Shown here: in pieces, positions 1 through 10,614 of the stretch
How positions within the stretch are numbered: the first letter of the stretch is position 1
Layout: every line of letters begins with the position of its first letter
Notes under the pieces: generated by a model
What the model was told of the DNA's origin: nothing
Databases searched by the model: none
What the model saw: only the letters and a program-made list of their open reading frames with translations
Translations under genes and position numbers: made by a program
DNA from: Camelus dromedarius
Taxonomy: Eukaryota
Assembly (NCBI RefSeq): GCF_036321535.1
Contig: NC_087437.1
Span: 34,722,001 to 34,786,000 of the forward strand
DNA: 64,000 nt
Reading direction: 5' to 3'

Positions 1-1319
1 GTGATCTAGGTATTTAGTGAACTTTCATCGTTTAACTTAGCAAATCTTTAAAGTTTCAAGCTATCAAAACTTTGGAGAAACTGTTTTTAAGTAGGCATAC
101 TATAAAATATAATTATCCTTAAAGAGTTCACATGAAAGTTATTACCCTATTTATATCTACTTAATTCATTTGTTCCCAACAATTATTTAGGTCACCCATG
201 AAAATTTCATGAGACACTTGACCAAGTCAGCATTTATCCCAAGCTGTTTTTCTTGTTGATAAATTTTATAACAGAGTTAATATCACCTTATTTGACTTTT
301 AGTAAACCTAGGTGCAATAAAAGACATGTCTGTATTAATTAAACCAAAAAATTTAAACTTTAAAACTGAATGTTAATTTAATATCGAATATTTCTCAGAT
401 CATATGAACTCAAAATTCATTTGGGTTAGTTTCTATTACATTTAGAAATATATAATTTATAAGCACTTATTTTTAAGTCAGTTAAATAGAGCTCTTTTAC
501 AAATTAATTTTGATAATACTATCTGGAGCTAGAGACATCTCTAATGGACATGCAAATACAGAAACAGACATAACCAGAGATCTCATAGCTTCATTTTAAT
601 ACTTAGTCATGAATCAGATATTTTACTATAAAACTTACTGGTTTTTAAGTAACAGTTGGAATAAGTTAAATTTATTTTCTCAGATGACTAAGGCTTTTTA
701 CTATTTGCAGAAGAGACTTTTAAGATTTGTATTTGTCCTTAAGGAGGCTGTGAATTAGATTTTGGATAAGGGAGCCTAATCAGCAGTTTGAGTTTAAAAA
801 TGCCATTTCCTCCTTTTTTTTTTTTTTTTTTTTTTTGGTTTTAGGTTCTACTTGATTGAGCTAATTAGGCTCAGTCTCAGGTCCTGTGGGCTGCAGTTAC
901 ACTTCTGATTGATAGAGATTTGCAAGATAAAGACAGTTACTTTTAATTCCCCAGAGAACTAGGTTGTCGCAGAAATGGTATCAAGAGATTGATTTGTCTA
1001 ACCACATTAAAAAAATTTGCTGCTTTATATCAGTGAGAAGATTTCCAATTAAACTGGAAATCAAAAGGTTTTTATGTTACAGAACTTTAGGGTTCAGTGT
1101 ATCATGCCTTTAAAAGTCTGTACAAGGCATTCAACAAAGGCCCTCTTTCTGAGTGCACAAGTCAAACAGACCAGTTTACCCTAGGGGTTAAAAAAAAAAA
1201 AAACCTCCATTATTGCTCTTATTATCTCCTGAATATTAGACTCTGATTTTTACTTCAACAGGTAACCCTGCTGGTTTTCTTTAATATGTTTAATTAATGT
1301 TGTCTGAGGGACAGATTTA

Positions 1320-1620
1320 TATGCCCTGTCTTATAATACTAGGCAGGGGAAGCATTCCCAGCTGAGACATAATGTCCATCCCACAACATAATCAGGTAAA
1401 AGAGATGTAGCTATCTCACATAAAGTCCATTTAAAGACACTGTTTTAAAATAGACTTTTACCTCAAGTGTGTCAACTCTTGTATCTTTAGCATTCCTTAG
1501 GATCCCATCAACAAGTATTGGTCCTAGAAGGAGTCCCAGAAACTTTCCTTTTATTCCCGCCATTTTATCTATTTGTATAAAAGGCTTTGGGGTCCCCATT
1601 GAGCGGTTGAACCAAGGGAC
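1320..1620 (-). pseudogene. pro: Retroviral protease remnant, frameshifted, catalytic DTG missing
   Basis: ORF 1411-1662 contains GTPKPFIQI...KFLGLL (compare ERV-L GDLRPF...TFRGLLDTG). Downstream, LCEIATSLLPDYVV/MDIMSQLG resembles VVISPVPECIIGIDILS. Confidence 0.7.
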
Positions 1621-1749
1621 CCAGGCCCTTCGGTCAATCTTTACCTTGATTAATGGCCCCAAGCAGTTGCTTGTCAGGTATCTCAGTGTAGTTTTCTTTT
1701 AGCCTTTAAAAGTTTTTTGTTTTTTTTTAAGTAGGGTGAAAAAAAGTGG

Positions 1750-1897
1750 GTTGCTTGGGGCCTTTAATGTTGGGAGGACCAATAGGGGGTTCCTTTGACC
1801 CACCAAACCTTAGGTAGTATTGAATTAAAACCTTTGTGTTAATCCCATCAATGTCTGCCTTATTTATCCTGCTTTTTAATAACCATTTAAAGATTTC
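1750..1897 (-). pseudogene. gag: Retroviral gag C-terminal remnant, class III-like
   Basis: Manual translation EIFKWLLKSRINKADIDGINTKVLIQYYLRFGG resembles the ERV-L gag motif ELWHWLINHGVPRSEIDRKPTAFLLNLY as recalled. Confidence 0.7.
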
Positions 1898-3258
1898 GTC
1901 TTGCTGGGGTGAGTCCCTTTAAAATTTTCACCTTGATGGGAAGCAGTTGCTTGACTTTTCCTCAGCTGCTTCCTATTCCCTTGTTAACCTAATTAACATT
2001 AATTTATCTAATGTTTTTATTAGCATCTGTAAGACCCATTGAGGGGAAGCTGAGATCACAAATAAGGGTTCCTGAGGCAGTTTTGTTTACTTGTCTGTTT
2101 GTCTTAAACTAAGGTTAGTTGTTATATTTCTTTGTATCTACCTTTTAATTTGGTCTTTTCATAGGTACCCATAAAACAGCTGTTTATAATGAGAGCTCTC
2201 TAAAAATTTACCAATTTAGAAGTGTTTCCAAATTAAAGGATTGATCATCTGGCCATTGAGGAATAGCATCTTAATAGCGACTCAGACTACTAAGACACAA
2301 GAGAGTGCGAAGGATGCAGCCTTCACAAGATTCAGAAAGTTTCTCCCAAAAATAGTCTAAGAAAGTAAAGGCATTCGTTGTACAGGTGGACCAAGGAAGG
2401 TTGAGATGACAGAGGCTCCTTATGGTCTGTGACCCCTTATGAAGAGTTTACTAAAAGTTGACATGGCCAGGCCAAAAGACTGCTAAGAATCCCAGTCTAT
2501 TCGACTGGCTTCCAAATGTATACCATATGTATACCCTCTGGATGGCAGAGACCTAGCTCTCAAAACAAAAAAAGCCCAAGATGACTAGTAGAACATAGAA
2601 CATTTACATCTCAAGGCACAGGGAGAGAAATGCAAGCTTCTTCTAAAAGGGCTTTTTTTTCCTTTAAGGTCAGAATTCTGAGGAAATGTTTTATCGAGCC
2701 AGCTTTCTCTAACTGCATATGCAAAACCAGTTTTGGCATGTCAGAAGATCCCCATCTTGGCCATTTTCAGGGAGCACTTTCCTTCAGTTCCAAATTAAGT
2801 TAGTACTTGCAGGTGTAAGTTTCCTACGTATAGTACATACATCTGTTAGTTGAAGACCGGCTTTCTGATGCCCCTGGTTTAGGAATGACATTAGGCCAGC
2901 CTCCTATCTAATCACCCAGTCCAGCAGGCTCAGTGTCTTTCAACTGAGTAGATCCCAGAGTCTTTCAACCAGTTACCTTCAGTATCTTTTACCTGGGGCA
3001 CTTTTCCCTGATGTCTTTCACCTGGGTCAGTCCTCTTCAGCATCTCTCAGCTGAGGAGTCAGGTTCCTTTTCATCCACCACCAAATAAAACTTAAGATCA
3101 TCAGCCAGTAATGGGTAAGGTCCAGGAGAGATTCATCGAATTGTCTGGACTTCCTGAGGAGGTGGACAGGTACCCTTGCTGGTGCCAAGGCTCCGGATCC
3201 TTGTAGAGTTCAGGTAAAGGAGAGATGTCTGCTCTGAGTCTCTTTGTGTCTCCAAACC

Positions 3259-3690
3259 TGTGGCCTGAAAGGAAAGTGCACAATGTAAAAGTAAAGTTTT
3301 ATTCGAGGACCTTTCTGAAGACTCTAAGGCGACAGCCCTTAAAATAGCTCTGGGGGAACCGCTCCAAAGGTAAGGAGGAGGCTGGAAAAAAAATATGTAT
3401 ATAAAATCATGTAGTCAAACATCAAAAGATTACTGCTAATCACAAATAACGGACAATTTAATGATTTTAGCATTTATTTTAATGTATGGGAAGATGTAAG
3501 AATCTGGGGTCATTGAAATTTTTCCTTCGATATATCTTAACTATCTAGGGGCTGGTATATCCAAAGCACAGAATGTGTCCTGTTCTCCATCCTGTATTCC
3601 CCTCAGGGTGCATTGTTGGTGCACAGCTGTAGTGGCTAATGGTTTGATTCTTGTAGAGCTGGAATGGCAGGCAACATTCTTTTCTTTGCA
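3259..3690 (-). mobile_element. 5' LTR of the ERV
   Basis: TG...CA termini, about 430 bp, AATAAA on the minus strand (ttttatt near 3297) close to the inner end. Confidence 0.8.
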
Positions 3691-3729
3691 CCATCATACC
3701 ATGGGTACACAACCAAGCTGACTTAGGAC

Positions 3730-3900
3730 TGTGGATGCTGACCTTAATCATATGGCTGAGACAGTGTTTAACAGTGTTCTTCACTGTAAAGTTACCCACC
3801 CATGTTCATATTGTACTCTTTGAAAAGCAGTTACTAGGGGCAGCCCACACTTAAGGAGTGAGGAGTTATGTGCTATCACCTTGAGTGTGGATATTTATTT
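3730..3900 (-). mobile_element. L1MC-type 3' UTR fragment
   Basis: Contains cactgtaaagttac...cagcccacacttaagg, motifs typical of L1MC 3' ends. Confidence 0.7.
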
Positions 3901-4320
3901 GAGTAAGATAAAGGTATTTTGATATAGAGAAAGAAAAGATTAGAAACCTGTAGGTCTTCAAGAATCTGTTAACTTTTTCAAATATTAGGAAAACAGAATC
4001 ATAAGAGCTGAATGGGACCTTTCTTCAGACAAGCAAACTCAGAGGGGCTATAGTGATAGAGTTCACTGCTGGAGAGAGGGATTGTGATGATTCAGGTGCT
4101 GCATTTACAGGGTTCTGCCTCAGGTTGTTCTGTGTTGGTTGTGAGGTAACCTATGGTAACCCTGCTGAATAAAAAGCTGACCTCCTCCTCCCCTACTCCC
4201 CGCCTCCCAGCTTTCTAATGGGTTTCGTGATAGGAAATATGGTGAGAGATGCTTCTTTCCATGTGTAGAGTTGTGTGCATGCTATTTAATTTCAGCCCAG
4301 TAAAGTAGTGTGCACGTTTA

Positions 4321-4850
4321 TGTTTGGGAGGAGAAATTTCCTCTACCCTTCTCGGTTCTTCTGGGTAGTCTAAGAATTAAATTGACATGAGACAGATTGA
4401 CTGGAGAAAATTAAACAAAAGTTTAATAACATGTACAACATAGGAGAGACCCAGAAGAACTGAGTAACTCTCCAAAATGGCCAAAGGCTTCACCTTAAAT
4501 ACTACCCTCAGCTCAAGAAGAAAGAGGATGTTGAAGTTGAAGGGATCTGGTCTGTTACTCCCAGGAAGAGCATTGCAAACAAGGGTAAGATTGTTATGCA
4601 GATTTAAATTGTTGCTTTTTCCGTTGGTAAATTTGTAGAGATTTGGTCATGCTCCTCTTGCTGGTGGGTTGAGGGAGACTCTCTTACAGATGGAGATTTC
4701 ACTTACAAATATAGATGTTTCTTAGAAAAGAACTCCTACTTGGTTTTCAGAGTTTTCCCCATGTCTGCTGTTTCTTAGAAAATAACCAGCTTAAAATAAT
4801 TAATATGCCAGAAAGACACATTTTGAGGTGGCAAATTCTGCTCCTCTACA
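4321..4850 (-). mobile_element. Solo ERV1 LTR, MER34-like
   Basis: TG...CA termini with a perfect 4-bp TSD TTTA (4317-4320 and 4851-4854). The minus strand starts tgtagaggagcagaatttgccacctcaaaat. Confidence 0.9.
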
Positions 4851-5399
4851 TTTATTTCCATGAAATTTAATTCTTCCATGAAGGAATTCCATAGACGTTG
4901 AATTTTGGAGATTTTCTTATTGTTTTTATCTGGGAAGATTTGACTTTTGGCTTGTGGGAGGATTGTTTTAATGTTTTATATATGTTCAGGTTCTGTGGTC
5001 TGGGATATCAAATTACTTGTAGGATTACTTTGAGAAAAGATGATCACTATATTAAATCTGATAGTTGCTGAGTGGCAAAAAGGCATTCTGAGTTGGCTGA
5101 GGGATTTGAGAACCCTACTGTGACTGGTGTCCTCATGCAAACAGCTCTCCTCTTGATAAAACTCTAGCTTTCAGCCATATGCAAATCGTATGAAATTTTA
5201 AAATCAGAATATTCACTGAAAAGCATTTGGCCGGGGGGTGGGAAGAGATGTTGTTCACCTTGTAGTTTGATTTGCATGTTTTTATTATTTTTCCTTCAAG
5301 TGCTCTAAGTAGCAAGTATCATTTGTAACATCTGAAAACACTTAGCCCCTTTTGTCTTCATTATAAAACGTGAAGTTCTTAATGGGCTGATTAGTCCCA

Positions 5400-5510
5400 A
5401 CAACACCCTCTGAGAACAGGAGTGTTATTTTCACTTTACGGAAAGAAGAAACCTAGGGGGTGATGGTTAAATGATCTGATTTAAGGCAATGGTTGAACCT
5501 GGGAAATTAG
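5400..5510 (-). mobile_element. MIR fragment
   Basis: Degenerate MIR core (caacaccctctgaga...tttacggaaagaagaaac). Confidence 0.55.
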
Positions 5511-5817
5511 CCATCTAACTGAAAAGAAAAGCTGCTTTTGCTGTAGCTGGTGAACCACCCCCCCGCCCCACCCTGCAGGGAATAACACGTCTAGGGAAAA
5601 ATATAAATATTACTTATGGATTGGAAAATGGGAAAGTACCACCTGGAGGGCAGACTGTGTAATGTATTGCCATACCTTTTCTTCAAAATTGTGATCCACC
5701 AGTAAGTATTTGTTTCCCAGTAAGTTTACCAACTTTCTCTTTCTCTCTCCCTCTCTCTTTTTTTTTTTTTTTTTTAACTTACACAACAGACACTTCCCTT
5801 TTCTAATTAACTTTAGA

Positions 5818-6017
5818 CTAGGACCTCTCAACCTGGACACTGTTGTCATTTGAGGCGGGGTAATCCTTTATTGTTCTGGATGTTGTCTTGTGCATTATAG
5901 GATGTTTAGCAACATCCCTGGCTTCTGCTTGACACTTCTACCCCAAGTTGTGACAAACAAAATTATTGTACATTTCCATATCTTTTAGGGAGCAAAATCT
6001 CTAGGTGGGAAGCACTG
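5818..6017 (-). mobile_element. MER20 (hAT-Charlie MITE)
   Basis: Contains ggatgtttagcaacatccctggc...gttgtgacaa and a terminal cactg. Confidence 0.85.
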
Positions 6018-7189
6018 CTCCAAGATTAACAAAACAGCCCTCAGACCCCATTTTTGACTGTGATGTGCAACTTGGCAGTGCCAAGCATCCCCACTAGTCT
6101 CCTTTTCTCTGGCTGCAAAAATGAGAGATGTTATTTGTGCCTATTTATGGTGTTTCTGGATTTGGTTTAGAAGATAAAACACTTATGAATAACTTTAGTA
6201 TAGTAAATTTATCTTGACACAATGTTGAACAGTTTTAAAGTAACCCAAATCATATTTACAACTTCATTTCCCCAGGGGAATTTAAACCATCTTCAGTCAC
6301 TGCTTAATTGTATTCTTGTTATCTTTTTACTTTTAGGAAAACTACTTATTTTCCCTCACTTACCTCTTTGAAAAGCCTCATCAGGCTCCCTTAGTTTTTG
6401 TCTGCAGCTCTTTGATCTCACAGTAGCTTTGCTAACCAGTGCTCAGTGCTACTGATTTCAATTAGTTATTTTCCTAGAGAAAGATCTAGTGAGGTCAAGC
6501 TCAGGGAAATCCCTTTACTACTTTACCCTCAATCTGAACTTACAGCAGAGAAAGGGAATACCATCTTTTCAATCAGGGGACCAACCAGAAACCATTCCTT
6601 CTCTCAGCCTCCTCCTAAGTCAAAGCTGGGAGCCAAGGAAAATGCTGGTCTGGAAATACTTAAAAAAATAAATCTCCACTACTTTCTTTGAACATTTTAT
6701 GGACATTGTGAACAAAGGTATATGGTTTTTGTGTGGACGCCTTTACGTAAAAATGGAGCAAAGCAAAAGAAAAGCTGCAAGCATCTCTTGCCTCTGTCTT
6801 CTTTTGGATTTCCATATCTATAACCCTCTTTCTGGGAGGCTGCATCTGCCCAAGGGCTGGAGGTAGGAGGGGCGCTTGGGGAAGCGGTAGAATATTGCTG
6901 CCTGGACTCTGTGACAGCTGTTTTTGAGCTGCATCTCTGCTACTTTGATTCCTAATTCGCCCTTCATTCTTGGTTTTTGAAAGTATCTTTTGCATCAGTT
7001 GGCATGTTAAGTGCCTTGTTTTGGGTGATCTGGGGGGTGGGGGGAAGAAATCCTGACTTGAATGTACTGATAGAAGCATCACATGGATGTCTGCTGTGTA
7101 ATTTTGCTTTTCCCTTTGTGGGACGTCAGTTAGTTTGAAGATTCTCCCTTTTACAGCTGGTGCCTTTGGGTGTCTCAGGGAAACAGAGG

Positions 7190-7385
7190 AACGTAATGAT
7201 TAAGGACTTTTACTTTGGAGTTGCAAGGCTCTGCATTTAAATTTGGTTCTGCTCCTTAGTAGCTGTCTCCTAACTTCTCAGTGCCTCATCTGTAAAACAG
7301 GTGTAACAACACCTGCCATGGGAGTGGGTTAAATGAGATAACGTCTTTTATCATCCACTTAGTAAGAGCTCGATGAAATGTAGTT
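7190..7385 (+). mobile_element. MIR
   Basis: Core sequence ctcagtgcctcatctgtaaaa...ttaaatgagataa. Confidence 0.8.
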
Positions 7386-7549
7386 CCTCTCCTTTAACTT
7401 CCTACTTTTCTTACCCTTTGCTGCCTGAAGCCAGTTAATTCCAAATGCTTTGAATAGTCCAGAATAAACCAAAGGACTTCTCCCATCCTCCCCCACCCGC
7501 ATGCTCACTCTGCCTACCCTTTCTAACTCTCAACACCCCGTCCGTGTAT

Positions 7550-7930
7550 GGTCACACTCCAGGGCCTTTGCATTTATTGATCTTTTGCCTGGAACATGTT
7601 TCCCAGATCTCCATGTGGCCTGATGCTTCACTTCCTTCAAGTCTCAGTTCCTATGCCACCTATCAGAAAAGCCTTCTCTGACCATCATATATAAAATAGG
7701 ACTTGCCCTCGATTTCCTGGTATTTCCCATCCCCCTTACCCTGCTTATTTTTCTCTGTGCCGTTCAGCATCCACGGGCATATTTTTGTTTCTGTATTGTC
7801 TGTCTCCTTCCACTAAAATATAAGCCTCATAAAGACAGAGAGTCTTTGTTAATCATTGTATGCTCGGTGCCTAGGACGATACTTGGCCTGTATTTGGGTC
7901 TCAATAAATGTTTACTGAAGGCATGAATAA
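7550..7930 (+). mobile_element. L2 3' end
   Basis: Contains agggcctttgca...tgcctggaac and ends ctcaataaatgtttactgaa. Confidence 0.85.
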
Positions 7931-10146
7931 TCGGATATTATTTTTTATTCATGTTACATTTTCCTTGAGTTTTTCAAGAAAAGAAGTGTGTACTGATTCA
8001 AAAAATAGTTAGAATATTTGAATTGTCTCACTGTTATCACCTCAAAATATTACTCAATTTAGAGGTGACCATTTTTAGCCTTCACTGCTTTTATATTAAA
8101 ATATGATTTCTTCTGAGGCTTTTTCCCTTTATGCCATTTTAATTTTAGAGGACTTTTAATTGTATCATTAACATTCTTGCCTGTAGGTCACTGTTGTGTG
8201 GTGGATTGGGAAAACAGGAAGAGACCTGTGTTCTACTTATATCAATTTTTTGTAACCTTCAGCTGATTGTCAAAAACCCAGTACTTTTTTTCCCTGAAAA
8301 TACGTGATATATTGAGATAGATTTTCTTAATAACTTAAAATGGTATCGAGAGATGTTTTGTAGCCAAAAACCAGTGGGCCACTATGGAATAATCTGCTGA
8401 ATTGTTTTAAAAAAATTTTTTCTTTGTTTACTCTGAAAGAATAACATGGAATATTTAAACAACCAGAGTTATGGTCACTTTTACTTTAGCAATTCTGATG
8501 ATAATTATACTTGCCAGGCATGTGATTACCATGCATCTTTAAAACTCTCACCTAAGATGCTTTTCACTTCCAGCCTATTTAATGCTTTACCTCTGATTCT
8601 GCACCCAGACTCCTTTGGGTTAATAACGTATTCTCAGAACAGGAATATCTGGTATCCTTATCAGTCTATGGCTTTCACATATTTTCTGTATTTTAATTTT
8701 AGGTAGGGAACTGTGATTAGCAGTTTAAACAACTTTTAAAACAAACTCTGATAAGATGGATTTTCTTATGAGCTCATTCAAAAGTTTTTTTTTTTTAATC
8801 TGCATACAGCTTTAATTTTCTGTTTATTGCTGTGTATAAAGCCTGTTCAAAGGGTGTGATACTTTGCTATAGGTCAGATTTCATAATTTATTTGAGAAAA
8901 CATACACCTACAAACCTTTTCAATATGAGATTGATGAGATTTACTAAATGTTTACTAACATCATAAGGCACTTTCATTTTTCCTTTTATGTATAATGAGA
9001 GAAAAGGCAAAAATATTTACCAGGTTATTTATCGTATCTCCCTAGATCATCTCAAACATCGGTGATCTTTATCTGGGAGGTTTATCCATTTTAGGGCCAG
9101 TCTTTTCTGAATATGAACATAAAATCTTTGCTTTGAAGGACATTTTGCACTTGGAGCAAAGCAAAATTTAAGTAAGTGGATTTTATATCTTGCAGGGCTG
9201 GGGAAGTAGTAATAATTAATTTCTGGCAACCTGGGAGAGAGAACCCTGTTCGATTTAAGACTGCTAGTCCACACCCTTCACGTGAGGAGTGTTTAAAGCA
9301 GAACGTCGACATTTTCTAAGTTTTATGTACATCAGCAAATGATTCAAACTATGTTTGTTCCCATGTGCCAAGGGGTTCTTGTGTTGATGTGATGGAACTT
9401 GGCACAGTGCAGTCCCCCAGCGGAGCAGTGCCTGGCTCTTTGTGCTGGGGTAACTTGCACTGTCCTGAATTTACTCGGGGGACTACTACAGTGGGTTGGT
9501 TGTTTTGTTTTGTTTTTTGTTTTTTCCCTTTTCAAACTGTGTCCCCTGCCTCTAGCACCTTTCTCTTTCGGTGTTTTTCCTCTCCCGCGGTGGCTCAACC
9601 TGAGATAGTTTAGCTCTCTACAGTGTATGCGAACCTGGGGGCTTAGATTATCTTCAGATTAGAAAGTTATATAGATTCACGTTGCCCAGTTCTGATTGGC
9701 TCTGATGTACACATAGTTTGAAATTGTACAGTCATTTCCAGCTCCCTTCCAGTTTCTTCTTACTTTCATGTACTGTCTAATTGGGACTAGAGCTGTCCTA
9801 TCCATTGCCTTGGTCACTAGGAGAGCAGGCTCCAGCTCCCCTCCCATCCTTAGCTTAGAAGTGCTTTCCTTGTTCCTTCACAGAAGGCATCTTGGTGGCT
9901 CACCTGGGTTCTGCCCGGCGTCCCCTCCATACACGTCCTGTCCTGGGAATTAGGACAGCATCCCCCACTTAGACGGCACCCCCAGAATATCTTGTCCTCC
10001 TTGCTGAACTGACTCCTTTCATTGGAAAGCCTTGTCTTTGTCTTTTTGGTCCTGTAGTGTTTTGGAAAGCTGTAGGTTTCTCACAATTCTGCCTTCATGG
10101 TTATGCCCTACTTTCTCTCACCCTGGGTCCCCAAACTCACTCCAGG

Positions 10147-10614
10147 TGTTACCATCCCAGACCTGTAGACTCTTTAATCAATAGAAATTGACAAAATGCC
10201 AGGCAAGAAATTCAGGTGAGGCTTTATTGGGGCTTGTGCTGCAGCACGAGGCAGTGAAAACAAGAAAAGTTTCTCTTGCTGGCTCTCTGAGAATTGCTGC
10301 TTGAGTCCTTAAAATGGGTAACAACAGGGGTGGATGGGTGGGTTGGCCAGGAGCTGTAGCTTAAGTGGTCTGCCTGCCCCCTTGGTGGTGCTGTGTGCAG
10401 GGATCATGCACAGGATCCTGCTTTTGCTCCTGGCACCTCAGAAATGGCAGTGGGTTTGTGGCCTTCTTATATCTTATTGTTTATAATTGCCCTAGCTGCC
10501 CATGTGTACAGTTATTTTTAGTTCCTTACAGTTTCTTTTTATTTTGTTGCTTGAGGAGACAATTGTCCAGGTACAGGCACTCCGGTAGAGGGTCCCAGGT
10601 ACCAGCCTGTCTCA
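10147..10614 (-). mobile_element. Solo ERV1-type LTR
   Basis: TG...CA termini with a perfect 4-bp TSD CAGG (10143-10146 and 10615-10618). AATAAA on the minus strand near 10225. Confidence 0.9.

Larger units (their letters stand above)
1..3258 (-). mobile_element. Internal region of a defective, non-autonomous endogenous retrovirus (leader, degraded gag-pro, AT-rich region); continues past the left edge of the window
   Basis: Directly follows the LTR at 3259-3690 on the minus strand and contains retroviral gag- and protease-like peptides. Confidence 0.85.

Noticed and set aside
1411..1662. Functional retroviral protease
   Set aside because: The catalytic DTG is absent and homology is spread over several frames.
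6660..7082. 140-aa minus-strand ORF
   Set aside because: No recognisable domain or exon context; probably a chance ORF.
9420..9440. Iron-responsive element (CAGUGC loop)
   Set aside because: The flanks do not form the required 5-bp upper stem (G-G clash at the third pair).
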